The notes: generated from the sequence alone by a model not told the origin. Shown: positions 18,595-29,529, counted from the first letter of the stretch. The stretch is DNA of 64,000 nucleotides from Candidatus Nitronauta litoralis (GCA_015698285.1 CP048685.1:3472060-3536059); one strand, 5' to 3'. A program made the numbers and translations.

Positions 18595-20418
18595 TTAACC
18601 TGCCTGTAGTTTTTTAGCGGCGCGTTTTCGATCATTTTCATCCAATAAACGCTTCCGGATACGTATCTGGGTTGGTGTGATTTCTGCAAGTTCATCCGCA
18701 TTTAAAAATTCGAGAACCTGTTCCAGGCTCATACGTCGAGGGGGAGTCAGGGACACATGATCATCTGACCCGGAAGCACGAACATTGGTTAATTTCTTTT
18801 CGCGGGTGATATTCACAACCAGGTCATTGTCCTTTTTATTCTCACCAACAATCATACCTGTATATACTTCTTCCCCGGGATGAAGGAAAAGCACACCCCG
18901 GTCCTGCAGACTGTTAATTGAGTAGCCGGTTGTCGCCCCGGCATCCATGGCAATGAGCACGCCATTTCGTCTTCCACCAGAATGTTCAACAACAGGTATA
19001 TATTTATTAAAACTGTGCTGAAGAGTCCCGGTCCCTTTTGTCAAAGTGAGAAATTCGGACTGAAACCCGAAAAGGCAACGTGTCGTGATCTCATATTCCA
19101 GGCGTGTGTGACCGTCTCCCATCGGTGTCATATTTTGAAGACGCCCCTTGCGGCCGCCGAGTGCTTCCATGACCTTCCCCGAGTATGTGTCTTCTACATC
19201 GATGACAACCGTTTCATCAGGTTCCAGTTTGACTCCGTCTATTTCCTTGAACAAAACCTGGGGACGTGAAACCGCAAACTCATAGCCTTCGCGTCGCATG
19301 GTTTCAATCAGAATACTGAGGTGCAATTCCCCTCTACCTGAAACCTTAAAGGTGTCACGGCGATCTGTCTCTTCTACAAGCATCGCGACATTGGATTTGG
19401 CTTCTCGCTCCAATCGGCTACGAATGTGATTTTGAGTGAGAAATTTTCCTTCTTTTCCAGCAAACGGTGAATCGTTAACAATAAAATGAATCGCCATTGT
19501 CGGTTCGTCCACTTCAATCGGTGGAAGCGCATCCGGTTGTTTTGAGCAGGCAATGGTTTCACCAATATTTATTTCTTTCATTCCTGCGATGGCAATAATA
19601 TCACCAGAGCATGTTTCACTCAGTTCAACTCGTTGCATTCCGCTATAAGTAAATGCTTTAGCAGTTTTAAACGATTCTATTTCACCATTTGTTTTGATGC
19701 GGACAAGAGGGTCCTTAATATTGAAGTTTCCTCGCTCAACCTTTCCAACGGCAATGCGCCCCAGATAATCGTTGTAATCAATAGAGGTGACCAGCATTCG
19801 AAAGCGATCTTCCTCATTTACCTCCTGAGGGACAATTTTTTCGATAATGGTATCCAGCACCTGGGTCATATCCCCTGGCTCATCTTCAAGATTATGTCGA
19901 CTTTGCCCAAGCTTGGCTGAAGTATAAAGAATTGGGAAATCCAGTTGATCATCAGAAGCGCCTAGATTCACCATCAGGTCAAAAACAAGATTTATCGCCC
20001 TCTCTGGGTCAGCTCCTGTACGATCTATTTTATTTACAACCAGAATCGGTTTCAGCCCCAATTCAAGTGATTTTTTAAGGACAAAGCGGGTTTGGGGCAT
20101 TGGTCCTTCGGCGGCATCGACCAACAAAACAACACCATTTACCATATTGAGGACACGCTCTACTTCACCACCAAAATCGGCGTGCCCCGGGGTATCCACA
20201 ATATTTATTTTGAAACCCTTGTAATGAATCGTCGCGTTTTTCGACAATATAGTAATGCCCCGTTCGCGTTCAAGGTCATTACTGTCCATGACGCAGTCCG
20301 GGTGAGCCTGGTTATCGCGGAATGCACCGCTTTGCTCCAGTAATCGGTCTATTAGGGTTGTTTTGCCGTGATCTACATGGGCAATAATGCCCACATTGCG
20401 TATGTGGTCAGGTTTCAT
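18595..20418 (-). CDS. typA: translational GTPase TypA/BipA
   Basis: [29 protein letters not shown] and NKID G-motifs. 607 aa with an EF-G-like domain order and the BipA C-terminal domain. Confidence 0.95.
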   Translation of the reverse strand: MKPDHIRNVGIIAHVDHGKTTLIDRLLEQSGAFRDNQAHPDCVMDSNDLERERGITILSKNATIHYKGFKINIVDTPGHADFGGEVERVLNMVNGVVLLVDAAEGPMPQTRFVLKKSLELGLKPILVVNKIDRTGADPERAINLVFDLMVNLGASDDQLDFPILYTSAKLGQSRHNLEDEPGDMTQVLDTIIEKIVPQEVNEEDRFRMLVTSIDYNDYLGRIAVGKVERGNFNIKDPLVRIKTNGEIESFKTAKAFTYSGMQRVELSETCSGDIIAIAGMKEINIGETIACSKQPDALPPIEVDEPTMAIHFIVNDSPFAGKEGKFLTQNHIRSRLEREAKSNVAMLVEETDRRDTFKVSGRGELHLSILIETMRREGYEFAVSRPQVLFKEIDGVKLEPDETVVIDVEDTYSGKVMEALGGRKGRLQNMTPMGDGHTRLEYEITTRCLFGFQSEFLTLTKGTGTLQHSFNKYIPVVEHSGGRRNGVLIAMDAGATTGYSINSLQDRGVLFLHPGEEVYTGMIVGENKKDNDLVVNITREKKLTNVRASGSDDHVSLTPPRRMSLEQVLEFLNADELAEITPTQIRIRKRLLDENDRKRAAKKLQAG

Positions 20419-20523
20419 TTCTTTTTGGTTTTAGGGGGAAATTCAAGTAAAAGGAGGATTTCCAAGTTCCAGGACTTACCTTCTAAGCACTTGTTTTAAA
20501 TAACACTATACCTTAACTTAACT

Positions 20524-21441
20524 ATGAACAATATTAAAAACTCATTGGACGAACATTCGATGCAGTTCTGGTTAAAAGAATTCTCAGATTACCTTAAAAT
20601 TGAAAAAAGGTATTCACCGAACACGGTTTCCAGTTATGGCAGGGATGTCCTACGCTTTCTTGATGCCATGAAAGGCAAAAAGGTTCAAGATATTTCTCAA
20701 CAGGATGTTCGCAATTATCTCCTGACCCTGAAAAATGAGGGTATTTCGACCCGATCTTCCGCAAGGGCTCTTTGCTCCATCAAGGCTTTTTTCCGCTATC
20801 TCGAAACAGGTGGCCACCTGGATTCTAACCCTGCGCAAATTCTGGAATCTCCAAAATTATGGAAAAAACTGCCAACGGTGCTTTCCATAACTGATATTGA
20901 ATCTATTCTAAATGGTCCCGATGTCAATACCCCGCGGGGACTCCGGGACAAGGCAATGCTCGAGGTATTATACGCAACAGGGTTACGTGTCTCAGAACTG
21001 GTCCAGTTAAAAGTTTCCAATCTTAATCTTGAGGTTGGATTCCTTCGGACCTTTGGTAAGGGAAACAAGGAACGTATTATTCCCCTTGGAGACCAGGCCC
21101 AGCAGTTGCTCAAACAATACCTGGAAAGTGGTCGACCAAAGTTTTTGAAAGAATGTGAGCAAACTGGGGATCTTTTTCTGTCTAACAGGGGAAAGGGGAT
21201 GTCCCGTCAGATGTTCTGGCAGATTATCCGTAAATATGCCCGGTCCGGCAATGTTCAGGGAGCCGTTTCTCCTCATTCAGTCAGGCATGCTTTTGCGACC
21301 CACCTGTTAGAGCGTGGGGCAGACTTGAGGAGTGTCCAGCAGATGCTTGGGCATTCAGACATATCCACTACCCAAATTTATACACATGTCTTAAAAGAGC
21401 GCATGAAAGATGTATTTGAGCAATTCCACCCGCGGGCCTGA
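20524..21441 (+). CDS. xerD: tyrosine recombinase XerD
   Basis: N-terminal SAM-like core-binding domain (YLKIEKRYSPNTVSSYGRDV) and catalytic R...HSVRHAFATHLLERGADLRSVQQMLGHSDISTTQIYTHV with the Tyr nucleophile. Confidence 0.85.
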   Translation: MNNIKNSLDEHSMQFWLKEFSDYLKIEKRYSPNTVSSYGRDVLRFLDAMKGKKVQDISQQDVRNYLLTLKNEGISTRSSARALCSIKAFFRYLETGGHLDSNPAQILESPKLWKKLPTVLSITDIESILNGPDVNTPRGLRDKAMLEVLYATGLRVSELVQLKVSNLNLEVGFLRTFGKGNKERIIPLGDQAQQLLKQYLESGRPKFLKECEQTGDLFLSNRGKGMSRQMFWQIIRKYARSGNVQGAVSPHSVRHAFATHLLERGADLRSVQQMLGHSDISTTQIYTHVLKERMKDVFEQFHPRA

Positions 21442-21462
21442 TTCAATCTAATTTGAAATTGC

Positions 21463-21491
21463 TTGACCCTCACCAGCCTTGTCGCTAGAAT
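21463..21491 (+). promoter_or_regulatory. sigma70-type promoter for the yceD-rpmF-plsX-fab block
   Basis: TTGACC (21463-21468), a 17-nt spacer, then TAGAAT (21486-21491). It lies about 85 nt upstream of yceD. Confidence 0.45.
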
Positions 21492-21573
21492 TTTTCCTTT
21501 CTAGCTCCTGATTTATTCTCACAAAGATAAAAACCCTGTACACTAAATTCCCCTAACTCAATCAAGGCTGGTT

Positions 21574-22113
21574 TTGACATTAAAAATTGAAATAGAATCA
21601 ATTCCGGAAGATACAGGGCTGGAGTTCAACCAGACTCTTAAAAGGGACTCTTTGGAAATTGACCAGCCAGATTGCTGTTTGACCCGAGACATTGAGCTAT
21701 CTGGCAAATTTAACAGGATAGGGCGCGAGGTATTTTTTCAGGGTCAGGTTGATACCGAAATCCAGTTTCTCTGCTCCCGGTGCCTCGAGAAATACGAAAT
21801 ACCCGTGAAAACTCCGGTGAATACCTGTTTCATGCCAGCCCCTGAAAACCAGCCACAGGAAGAACATGAACTGAGGGCATCGGATATAGAGCTTGAATAT
21901 TACAGGGAAAATACGATAGACTTGGCCCAGCCCGTCTTTGATCAGATTCTATTGACCCAACCTTTAATTCCATTATGCGATCCCGATTGTCAGGGTTTAT
22001 GCCCGCAATGCGGTATCAATCGCAATCTGGAATCGTGTCAATGTCAGAAGGGGCAGGATTTGGGGGACCCGAGGTTCGAGGTCCTGCAAAAATTAAAGGA
22101 CAAATTAAAGTAA
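21574..22113 (+). CDS. yceD: YceD/DUF177 family protein (large-subunit ribosomal accumulation protein)
   Basis: TTG start. Acidic 179-aa protein with CSRC...CDPDCQGLCPQCG...C.C cysteine clusters, in the conserved position immediately upstream of rpmF. Confidence 0.8.
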   Translation: MTLKIEIESIPEDTGLEFNQTLKRDSLEIDQPDCCLTRDIELSGKFNRIGREVFFQGQVDTEIQFLCSRCLEKYEIPVKTPVNTCFMPAPENQPQEEHELRASDIELEYYRENTIDLAQPVFDQILLTQPLIPLCDPDCQGLCPQCGINRNLESCQCQKGQDLGDPRFEVLQKLKDKLK

Positions 22114-22125
22114 AAGAGGAATTCA

Positions 22126-22305
22126 ATGCCAGTACCTAAAAAGCGAACATCACGATCCAGAAGGGGAAAACGTCGATCGCACGATTCCCTGAACATCCCG
22201 ACTTTTTCAGAATGCCCACAATGCCACGAAATGACCAGGCCACACCGTGTCTGCCCTCACTGTGGATATTACAAAGGCAAGGAACGCGTCGAAATCGCAG
22301 CCTGA
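22126..22305 (+). CDS. rpmF: 50S ribosomal protein L32
   Basis: Not in the ORF track (59 aa). MPVPKKRTSRSRRGKRRSHDSL...CPQCHEMTRPHRVCPHCGYYKGKE, with AGAGGA SD upstream and conserved yceD-rpmF-plsX synteny. Confidence 0.9.
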   Translation: MPVPKKRTSRSRRGKRRSHDSLNIPTFSECPQCHEMTRPHRVCPHCGYYKGKERVEIAA

Positions 22306-22395
22306 ACTTAATTGATAAAGTCTAAAGGCCTATCCGTGTGTCCAACCAAAATTATTGGATTGCCCCGTGAGAAATAAGTTGGGGATGCTACCTGT

Positions 22396-23505
22396 ATGAA
22401 AATCGTGGTCGATGGAATGGGCGGAGATCACGCTCCTGAAACAGCTGTGGAAGGGGCGGTGCTAGCTGCCCGCAAAAACAAGACCGGAATTATTATTACC
22501 GGAATAGAATCCGAAATAGCTGCAGAGCTAAAAAAGTATTCCGACGCAGACGACCTTCCTATTGAAATAAGGCACGCGGACGAAGTCGTTGACATGCACG
22601 ACAGCCCCAGCAAGGTTGTCCGGGGTAAACGCAAATCTTCCATGAAGGTCGGCCTTGATCTGGTCAAGGAAGGTGAAGCCCAGGCTTTCGTCAGTGCTGG
22701 AAATACCGGCGCCGTATTAGCGTACTCTACCTTCATACTAAGACCCCTCAAGGGTGTGGACCGCCCGGCCATCGCCATCCTGCTACCCACTCTAAAAGGT
22801 TCTTCCATTCTCCTTGATGCCGGTGCCAACGTCGACTGTAAAGCCAACCAACTCTTCCAGTTTGCCCTGATGGGGCATGTTTATGCCAAATATGTTCTGG
22901 AGCAAACCAATCCAACAGTAGGGCTCCTGAGTATCGGGGAAGAAGACAGCAAAGGAAATGAAACCACCAAAGAAGTTTTTAAAATGCTGAAAAAAACTGA
23001 TTTGAATTTCATCGGGAACCTTGAAGGTAAGGAAGTTTATCGCGGCAATGCCGATGTCATCGTTTGCGACGGATTCATTGGGAATATCGCCTTGAAAATT
23101 TCCGAGAGCCTGGCTGAGATGATTGGCACAAATCTTAAGGAAATGTTCTCAGCATCCATCGGTGGGAAACTGGGTTACCTTCTCCTCAAAGACAGGCTGA
23201 CCGAATTCAAAAAAAAGGTCGATTACTCTGAAAAAGGCGGGGCTCCATTGCTTGGAGTTAACGGAGTGTGTATGATTGCCCACGGCAGTTCCAATGGGAA
23301 GGCAATAAAAAATGCCATTGCCCGGGCGAGTGAATTGATCGCTAAAGAAATCAATCTTCATATTTGTGAAGATATTGAAGGACACCTCGGTGACAAAGGT
23401 TCCTTGTGGAAACAAATCAAGCACATGGTTTCCGGTGAAGAACAAAACAATGTCGCCTCCCAGGAAATAAAAACAGAAGATCCACCCGCCAAAAAGAATG
23501 AATAA
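22396..23505 (+). CDS. plsX: phosphate acyltransferase PlsX
   Basis: MKIVVDGMGGDHAP..., SAGNTGA and DGFIGNIALK motifs. Lies between rpmF and fabH. Confidence 0.95.
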   Translation: MKIVVDGMGGDHAPETAVEGAVLAARKNKTGIIITGIESEIAAELKKYSDADDLPIEIRHADEVVDMHDSPSKVVRGKRKSSMKVGLDLVKEGEAQAFVSAGNTGAVLAYSTFILRPLKGVDRPAIAILLPTLKGSSILLDAGANVDCKANQLFQFALMGHVYAKYVLEQTNPTVGLLSIGEEDSKGNETTKEVFKMLKKTDLNFIGNLEGKEVYRGNADVIVCDGFIGNIALKISESLAEMIGTNLKEMFSASIGGKLGYLLLKDRLTEFKKKVDYSEKGGAPLLGVNGVCMIAHGSSNGKAIKNAIARASELIAKEINLHICEDIEGHLGDKGSLWKQIKHMVSGEEQNNVASQEIKTEDPPAKKNE

Positions 23506-23526
23506 GGTTTTTTTCCCCTCTCTCGC

Positions 23527-24528
23527 ATGAACATGCATATTCCCTACAAAGCAAGAATTGCAGGTACAGGCTCCTGCCTTCCGGACCGGGTTGTGACCAA
23601 TCTTGATCTGGAGAAAACCCTGGACACCTCAGACCAGTGGATTCGTGAACGAACGGGGATAGCGGAGCGTCGAATTGCTGAAAAAGGCGAATCCAGTTCA
23701 ACGCTTGGAGCAGAAGCAGCCAGACGGGCGCTGGCCCGTGCGGGGGTCAATGCAGAAGATATCGACATGATCATCGTCTGCACCTCAACACCAGATGTGA
23801 TTTATCCATCAACAGCTTGCTTTGTTCAAAGGGAACTTGGAGCCAGTAAAGCCGCTGCTTTTGATATTTCGGCTGTCTGCTCTGGATTTGTTTTCGGTTT
23901 ATCTGTTGCGGAGCAATATATAAAATCGGGAAGGTATGAAACCATTCTGGTCATTGGAGCGGAAGTAAACTCCCGTCTGATGGACTGGACCGACCGCTCT
24001 ACCTGCATATTATTTGGTGATGGTGCAGGGGCGGTGGTCTTAAAACGAGAAGAGTCGGAAGAGCCCGTAGGCATCCTTTCCTCTCATATATACTCCGACG
24101 GCAATCGTGCCGAGATGTTGATTGTCCCGGGAGGGATTGGGCGGGAAACCATTTCCAAACAAGCCGTAGAAGACAAACTTTATACTCTGAAGATGGAAGG
24201 GCAGGCCACATTCAAAATTGCAGTAAAAAAAATGACCGCAGTTTCAATGGAGGCCTTGAGTCTGAATGGATTTAGTAAAGAGGATTTAACTGTGATGGTT
24301 CCGCACCAGGCGAACCGAAGGATCATTGATGCAGTAGCTGACAAGTTAAAAATGGATCCATCAAAAGTAATCGTTAATTTAAACAAACTGGGCAATACCG
24401 GAGGGGCATCCATCCCCATCGCCCTGAATCAGGCTGTAGAAAATAACCAGATAAAAAATGGAGATCTGGTTTTGTTAACCGTTCTGGGTGCCGGTTTGAC
24501 ATGGGGAGCAGCGTTAATCCGATGGTGA
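23527..24528 (+). CDS. fabH: 3-oxoacyl-ACP synthase III
   Basis: Active-site AVCSGF (Cys), PHQANRRI (His), NTGGASIP (Asn). 333 aa. Confidence 0.95.
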   Translation: MNMHIPYKARIAGTGSCLPDRVVTNLDLEKTLDTSDQWIRERTGIAERRIAEKGESSSTLGAEAARRALARAGVNAEDIDMIIVCTSTPDVIYPSTACFVQRELGASKAAAFDISAVCSGFVFGLSVAEQYIKSGRYETILVIGAEVNSRLMDWTDRSTCILFGDGAGAVVLKREESEEPVGILSSHIYSDGNRAEMLIVPGGIGRETISKQAVEDKLYTLKMEGQATFKIAVKKMTAVSMEALSLNGFSKEDLTVMVPHQANRRIIDAVADKLKMDPSKVIVNLNKLGNTGGASIPIALNQAVENNQIKNGDLVLLTVLGAGLTWGAALIRW

Positions 24529-25466
24529 AAATTGCATTCTTATTTCCGGGACAAGGGTCCCAGTTCATTGGCATGGGCAAAGAGTTCTTTGACGACGATG
24601 CGGGGACGCGCGCCCTCTTTGAAGAAGCCTCGGAGGTCCTGGGTTTCAATATCGCAAACCTTTGTTTTAACGGTCCCGAGGAAGAACTGAAATTAACAGC
24701 CAACACCCAGCCTGCGCTTTTAATCCATAGTACAATAGCCTTGAAAAGGCTCAGGGAACATGGTATAGATTCGGTGTTGGCAGCAGGGCATAGCCTTGGA
24801 GAATTTTCCGCTTTAGTGTCTTCAGGTTGCCTCACCTTTGCCGATGCGGTTCATCTGGTTCGTCAGCGCGGTACCTTTATGCAGGAAGCGGTCCCGGTAG
24901 GAATTGGGGCCATGGCTGCAATTATTGGGTTGACTCTGGACAGGGTTCAGGAGCTGTGCGACCAGATCACAAGTCCTGAGAATATCGTTCAGCCCGCCAA
25001 TCTGAACAGTCCCGAACAAATTGTCATTGCCGGCCATAAAGACGCTGTTGAAAAATTGTGTCAGGCAGCCAAGCCAGCAGGAGCCAAGCGTTCTGTTCTG
25101 TTACCTGTAAGCGCTCCGTTTCATAGTAGCTTGATGAAGCCCGCCGAGGTCCGGCTGAAGGAAGAACTGGACAAGACTGAGTTCCGCGATATGGAAGTTC
25201 CGGTAATCTCTAATGTAGATGCCACTCCAAAAACGCGTGGAGATGACGCAAGACAGGCTTTAGTTCAGCAGGTGTGCGCCCCGGTAAGATGGGTTGAAAC
25301 CATGCAGGTCCTTGTTGACCAGGAAATTGAAGCCGTGATCGAAATCGGTTCAGGAAGAGTGCTCTCAGGGCTCATGAGACGTTTTAACTCCAATGTCCAG
25401 TGCTACCAGGTTGGAGACCCGGAGTCGTTACAAAATACGGTTTCAGAAATAAAAAAGGCTGACTGA
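24522..25466 (+). CDS. fabD: malonyl-CoA:ACP transacylase
   Basis: Start at ATG 24522 (ATGGTGA overlap with the fabH stop) gives MVKIAFLFPGQGSQ. GHSLGEFSAL nucleophile elbow. Confidence 0.95.
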   Translation: MVKIAFLFPGQGSQFIGMGKEFFDDDAGTRALFEEASEVLGFNIANLCFNGPEEELKLTANTQPALLIHSTIALKRLREHGIDSVLAAGHSLGEFSALVSSGCLTFADAVHLVRQRGTFMQEAVPVGIGAMAAIIGLTLDRVQELCDQITSPENIVQPANLNSPEQIVIAGHKDAVEKLCQAAKPAGAKRSVLLPVSAPFHSSLMKPAEVRLKEELDKTEFRDMEVPVISNVDATPKTRGDDARQALVQQVCAPVRWVETMQVLVDQEIEAVIEIGSGRVLSGLMRRFNSNVQCYQVGDPESLQNTVSEIKKAD

Positions 25467-25477
25467 GGTTGAAATAA

Positions 25478-26218
25478 ATGGAATTGGAAGGCAAAATCGC
25501 GCTGGTTACAGGTGGAGCCAGAGGAATAGGGCAATGCATTGGAGAACAGTTAGCCGGGCAAGGGGCTCATGTTATCCTTGGTGATGTTGATCTTGATGGC
25601 GCCAAACAGGCCGCTGCCGGGATTATCTGCAAGGGTGGAAAAGCCAGTGGAGTAGAATTAAATGTCACCGATTCGGGACAACTGGCTGGTGTCTTTGATA
25701 CTATTGTCAAGGAACACAAACCGCTGGACATTCTGGTTAATAATGCTGGAGTGACACGCGATGCACTATGCATGCGAATGAAGGAAGCAGACTGGGATCT
25801 GGTTCTCAATGTGAACCTGAAAGGAAGTTTTCTCTGTTCGCAACAGGCAGTAAAACAAATGTTCAAGCAAAGGTCCGGAGCAATCGTTAACATCGCCTCA
25901 ATTGTCGGGATGATGGGTAACGCAGGACAGGCAAATTACTCGGCTTCTAAAGCGGGTTTAATGGGCCTCACCAAAACTCTGGCAAGGGAAGTCGCATCGC
26001 GAAATGTTCGGGTCAATGCGATCGCTCCCGGTTTTATAGATACGGATATGACCCGGCAACTAGACGAGAAGGTCCGGGAAATGCTGGTTCAGCAAATACC
26101 CCTGGCCAGTCTTGGACAGCCTCAGGATATCGCGGATTGCGTAGGCTTCTTGGTTTCCGACCGTGCTCGGTATATTACCGGCCAGGTGCTTGGCGTAAAC
26201 GGTGGAATGTTGATGTAA
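25478..26218 (+). CDS. fabG: 3-oxoacyl-ACP reductase
   Basis: SDR with [12 protein letters not shown] and YSASKAG (Y-x3-K). 246 aa, in fab synteny. Confidence 0.95.
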   Translation: MELEGKIALVTGGARGIGQCIGEQLAGQGAHVILGDVDLDGAKQAAAGIICKGGKASGVELNVTDSGQLAGVFDTIVKEHKPLDILVNNAGVTRDALCMRMKEADWDLVLNVNLKGSFLCSQQAVKQMFKQRSGAIVNIASIVGMMGNAGQANYSASKAGLMGLTKTLAREVASRNVRVNAIAPGFIDTDMTRQLDEKVREMLVQQIPLASLGQPQDIADCVGFLVSDRARYITGQVLGVNGGMLM

Positions 26219-26240
26219 CCTCAATGGGAGTGCAACGACT

Positions 26241-26474
26241 ATGTCGGTGGAACAACGTGTTAAAGAAATTATTGTTGACCAGTTGGGTGTGGATGAAAAA
26301 CAGGTTAATGGAACAGCGTCCTTTATCGATGACCTGGGTGCGGATTCCCTCGACCAGGTAGAGTTGGTCATGGCGCTTGAAGAAGAATTCGATATCGAAA
26401 TTCCGGATGAGGACGCTGAAAAAATAGCTAACGTCCAGAATGCGGTCGATTACATCAATAATCACACCAATTAA
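26241..26474 (+). CDS. acpP: acyl carrier protein
   Basis: 77 aa with the DLGADSLD phosphopantetheine attachment motif. Confidence 0.95.
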   Translation: MSVEQRVKEIIVDQLGVDEKQVNGTASFIDDLGADSLDQVELVMALEEEFDIEIPDEDAEKIANVQNAVDYINNHTN

Positions 26475-26504
26475 TCCCCGTTACTTCTCACCCAAAGGAG
26501 TGGT

Positions 26505-27743
26505 ATGACCCGTCGAGTCGTTGTGACCGGCTTGGGAATCATCTCGCCTCTTGGCATTGGACTTGATGCAAATTGGGATGCAGTTTGCTCCGGTAAATCC
26601 GGAATTGCACCCATCACTCGGTTCGATGTCACAGATTTTCCAGTCACCATAGCAGGAGAGGTGGAAGGGTTTGACCCTGAAACCTGGATCAACCATAAAG
26701 AGGTCAAGAAAATGGATACCTTTATCCATTATGCCTTGGCCTGCGCCATTATGGCGAAAGATGATTCCGGCTTCGAGATCACCGAAGAAAACGCTGAACG
26801 TGTTGGTGTTCTCATAGGAGTGGGGCTGGGTGGCCTTCCTGCAATTGAAAAGTATCACAAGGTCTATATGGATAAGGGACCACGTAAGATCACACCGTTC
26901 TTTATCCCAATGCTGATTGCCAACCTCGCTTCTGGGCAGGTCTCTATTCACCTGGGAGCCAAGGGACCCAATACCTGCGTCGTAACCGCTTGTGCAACGG
27001 GAACCCATTCTTTGGGAGAAGCCTATAAGTTTATACGCGACGGAGACGCCGACGTCATGTATGCAGGCGGTACGGAATCCGTTATCACTCCGCTTTGTGT
27101 AGCCGGATTCAATGCATCGAAGGCGTTATCCCAACGCAACGATGAGCCCCAGGCTGCCAGTCGACCGTTTGACAAGGATCGCGACGGCTTTGTGATCGGG
27201 GAGGGTAGTGGCGTGCTGATCCTTGAAGAATACGAACACGCAAAAAAACGTGGAGCGAAAATATACGGTGAAATTATCGGCTATGCCCTCAATGGAGATG
27301 CTTTTCATATCACCGCAACGTCACCAGGTGGTGAGGGTGCGGCGCGTTGCATGAATCTTGGCCTGAAAAGTGCCGGAATCAATCCCCAGCAAGTTGATTA
27401 CATTAATGCTCACGGCACTTCCACCCAGGCGGATGCCACCGAGACTTCAGCAGTGAAAACCGTGTTTGGAGATCACGCCTCAAAACTGATGGTCAGTTCC
27501 ACAAAATCAATGACAGGACATTTGCTTGGTGCTGCTGGAGGAGTCGAGGCGATTTACTCCCTGTTGGCACTCAAAAACGGGGTGATACCTCCAACCATCA
27601 ATTACCAAACCCCGGATCCTGAATGTGATCTCGACTACGTTCCAAATGAAGCTCGTGAAGTCGATATTCAGGTCGCAATGTCCAACTCCTTCGGCTTTGG
27701 AGGCACCAACGGTGTTCTCCTCATGAAGAAATTCGATCAGTAA
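26505..27743 (+). CDS. fabF: 3-oxoacyl-ACP synthase II
   Basis: RRVVVTGLG, active-site ACATG, HGTST and GHLLGAAG motifs. 412 aa. Confidence 0.95.
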   Translation: MTRRVVVTGLGIISPLGIGLDANWDAVCSGKSGIAPITRFDVTDFPVTIAGEVEGFDPETWINHKEVKKMDTFIHYALACAIMAKDDSGFEITEENAERVGVLIGVGLGGLPAIEKYHKVYMDKGPRKITPFFIPMLIANLASGQVSIHLGAKGPNTCVVTACATGTHSLGEAYKFIRDGDADVMYAGGTESVITPLCVAGFNASKALSQRNDEPQAASRPFDKDRDGFVIGEGSGVLILEEYEHAKKRGAKIYGEIIGYALNGDAFHITATSPGGEGAARCMNLGLKSAGINPQQVDYINAHGTSTQADATETSAVKTVFGDHASKLMVSSTKSMTGHLLGAAGGVEAIYSLLALKNGVIPPTINYQTPDPECDLDYVPNEAREVDIQVAMSNSFGFGGTNGVLLMKKFDQ

Positions 27744-27763
27744 TTCCCGCCAAGGTAGCCATT

Positions 27764-28486
27764 ATGCTGACGCCTGAACGCATCCGGGAATTGGTTTCCC
27801 TCCAGGAAACACTAGACTACATATTTAAAGAACCCGCTTTACTTAATAAAGCGTTGACGCACAAATCCTACGTTAATGAAAAAACTGAAACTCTGAAAAA
27901 TAACGAACGCTTCGAATTTCTCGGCGATTCGGTCCTCGATTTAATAGTCAGTGATTTCCTCATCACTGCTTATCCTGATTTCAGTGAAGGTAAATTATCC
28001 AAAATCAGAGCCGCTGTTGTAAACGAGGGATGCCTGGCTGGACTTGCCCGAAAATTAAGTCTTGGCAAATACCTTTTGCTCGGGAAAGGGGAAAGCCAGT
28101 CCGGGGGTCGTGATAAAAACTCCCTGCTCGCTAATGCTTTTGAAGCCCTGGTAGGAGCCTTGTACCAGGATGGACAACTGGACGAAGTAAAACGCGTTTT
28201 TATGGGAGAATTAAAAAGCGAAATTTCCAAACGAATTGACTCGCGGCTGTTCCAGGATTTCAAGAGCGAACTCCAGGAATATACCCAGACACACTTGAAC
28301 TGCATCCCTTCATATAAAGTAGTTGGAGAAGCCGGCCCCGACCACGAGAAGACCTTTGAAGTGGAAGTCGTATTTCAAGGAAACCCCAAGGGAAGAGGGC
28401 AGGGTAGAAATAAGAAAGAAGCCGAACAGGCAGCAGCCAGAGAAGCGTTAAATAAATTTCGTAATGAATCAAATAAGGTGCAATAG
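27764..28486 (+). CDS. rnc: ribonuclease III
   Basis: NERFEFLGDSVL signature and a C-terminal dsRBD (GPDHEKTFEVEV...GRGQGRNKKEAEQAAAREAL). Confidence 0.95.
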   Translation: MLTPERIRELVSLQETLDYIFKEPALLNKALTHKSYVNEKTETLKNNERFEFLGDSVLDLIVSDFLITAYPDFSEGKLSKIRAAVVNEGCLAGLARKLSLGKYLLLGKGESQSGGRDKNSLLANAFEALVGALYQDGQLDEVKRVFMGELKSEISKRIDSRLFQDFKSELQEYTQTHLNCIPSYKVVGEAGPDHEKTFEVEVVFQGNPKGRGQGRNKKEAEQAAAREALNKFRNESNKVQ

Positions 28487-28614
28487 GTTTACTGGCGGTT
28501 GATTTTAAGTTCTTTCTTTATTGCGCTTAAATTTTGGTGGAAACCGGATAAAACCTTTCCTCGCTTCTCAGTCCAGGAGTGATGGACTTAGAGGAACTAT
28601 TTTAAAGCTGGTTT

Positions 28615-29529
28615 TCAAAAAATTGACGATTGTGATTTGTCAGTCAAATATTCAAGCAATTTCATCCCTTTATTGGAATTGCCTTTTTTATTTAACTTGG
28701 GGCTCCAGACAGCAATACTGAAATTTCCCGGATGGATTGCAATGATTCCACCACCCACTCCGCTTTTGCCCGGCAAACCAACTTTAAAAGCAAACTCTCC
28801 CGCCTCATCATAAAATCCACACAATAGCATGATGGCATTTATGCGTTTTGACATGCTGGAACTGATAATCTCAATTTTCGTTTTCGGATGAGTTCCATTC
28901 GCAGCAAGAAACAAAAACACCTGAGATAGTTCTTCGCAGGACATTTCAATCGAACACAAGTGGAAATAAAAATCCAAAACAGTCTCAATATTGTTTTTAA
29001 CATTTCCAAAAGATTTTATCAGGTTGATCATAGCGGCATTTCGAAACCCTGTCTGTTTTTCAGATTCGAAAATACTAAAATTGTAATCTATACCCGCATC
29101 ACCAGAAATCTCCCTGATAAAATCAATAAACTCCTGCCTTGGATTTTTTAGATGGCCGACGAGAATATCGCAGACAACCAAAGCGCCAGAATTTATTAAC
29201 GGATTGCGCGGAACCCCCTTTTCATACTCAAGTTGAATCATCGAATTGAAAGCGGTACCGGAAGGTTCGACACCCACTCTCTTCCATAAGTCATTGCCCT
29301 CCAGCTTAAAAGCGAGTGTTAATGCAAGAACCTTTGAAATGTTTTGAATAGAAAACTTTTCCTTGAAATCACCCAACCCATAATTTTTGCCATCTGTGGT
29401 CGTCAGGTGAACGCCAAACTTTTCGGGATCCACATTTTTCAGTTTGGGAATGTAAGAGGCCGGTTTTCCTTTATCCTCCATAACACCCACCTGCTTTGAG
29501 ATATCGTGAATTAATTTTTTATAGTTCAT
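28615..29529 (-). CDS. glsA: glutaminase A
   Basis: ASYIPKL, S.SK and PGKSGVGGGI motifs of the serine-dependent glutaminase family. I prefer ATG 29529 (MNYKKL...) over the upstream TTG at 29562. Confidence 0.85.
   Translation of the reverse strand: MNYKKLIHDISKQVGVMEDKGKPASYIPKLKNVDPEKFGVHLTTTDGKNYGLGDFKEKFSIQNISKVLALTLAFKLEGNDLWKRVGVEPSGTAFNSMIQLEYEKGVPRNPLINSGALVVCDILVGHLKNPRQEFIDFIREISGDAGIDYNFSIFESEKQTGFRNAAMINLIKSFGNVKNNIETVLDFYFHLCSIEMSCEELSQVFLFLAANGTHPKTKIEIISSSMSKRINAIMLLCGFYDEAGEFAFKVGLPGKSGVGGGIIAIHPGNFSIAVWSPKLNKKGNSNKGMKLLEYLTDKSQSSIF

Noticed and set aside
20524-21441. Tyrosine recombinase as a possible integrase marking a mobile element
   Set aside because: Its length and motifs fit housekeeping XerD. 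The neighbours are typA and the rpmF-fab block. There are no att-like repeats, tRNA gene or phage/transposon cargo nearby.
22428-24835. Series of antisense ORFs (22428-22847, 23149-23538, 23417-23701, 23544-23783, 23826-24074, 24180-24419, 24374-24835) opposite plsX, fabH and fabD
   Set aside because: They lie entirely within strongly supported housekeeping CDS on the other strand. Their Ser/Pro/Arg-rich composition is typical of antisense frames, and they have no SD or family resemblance.
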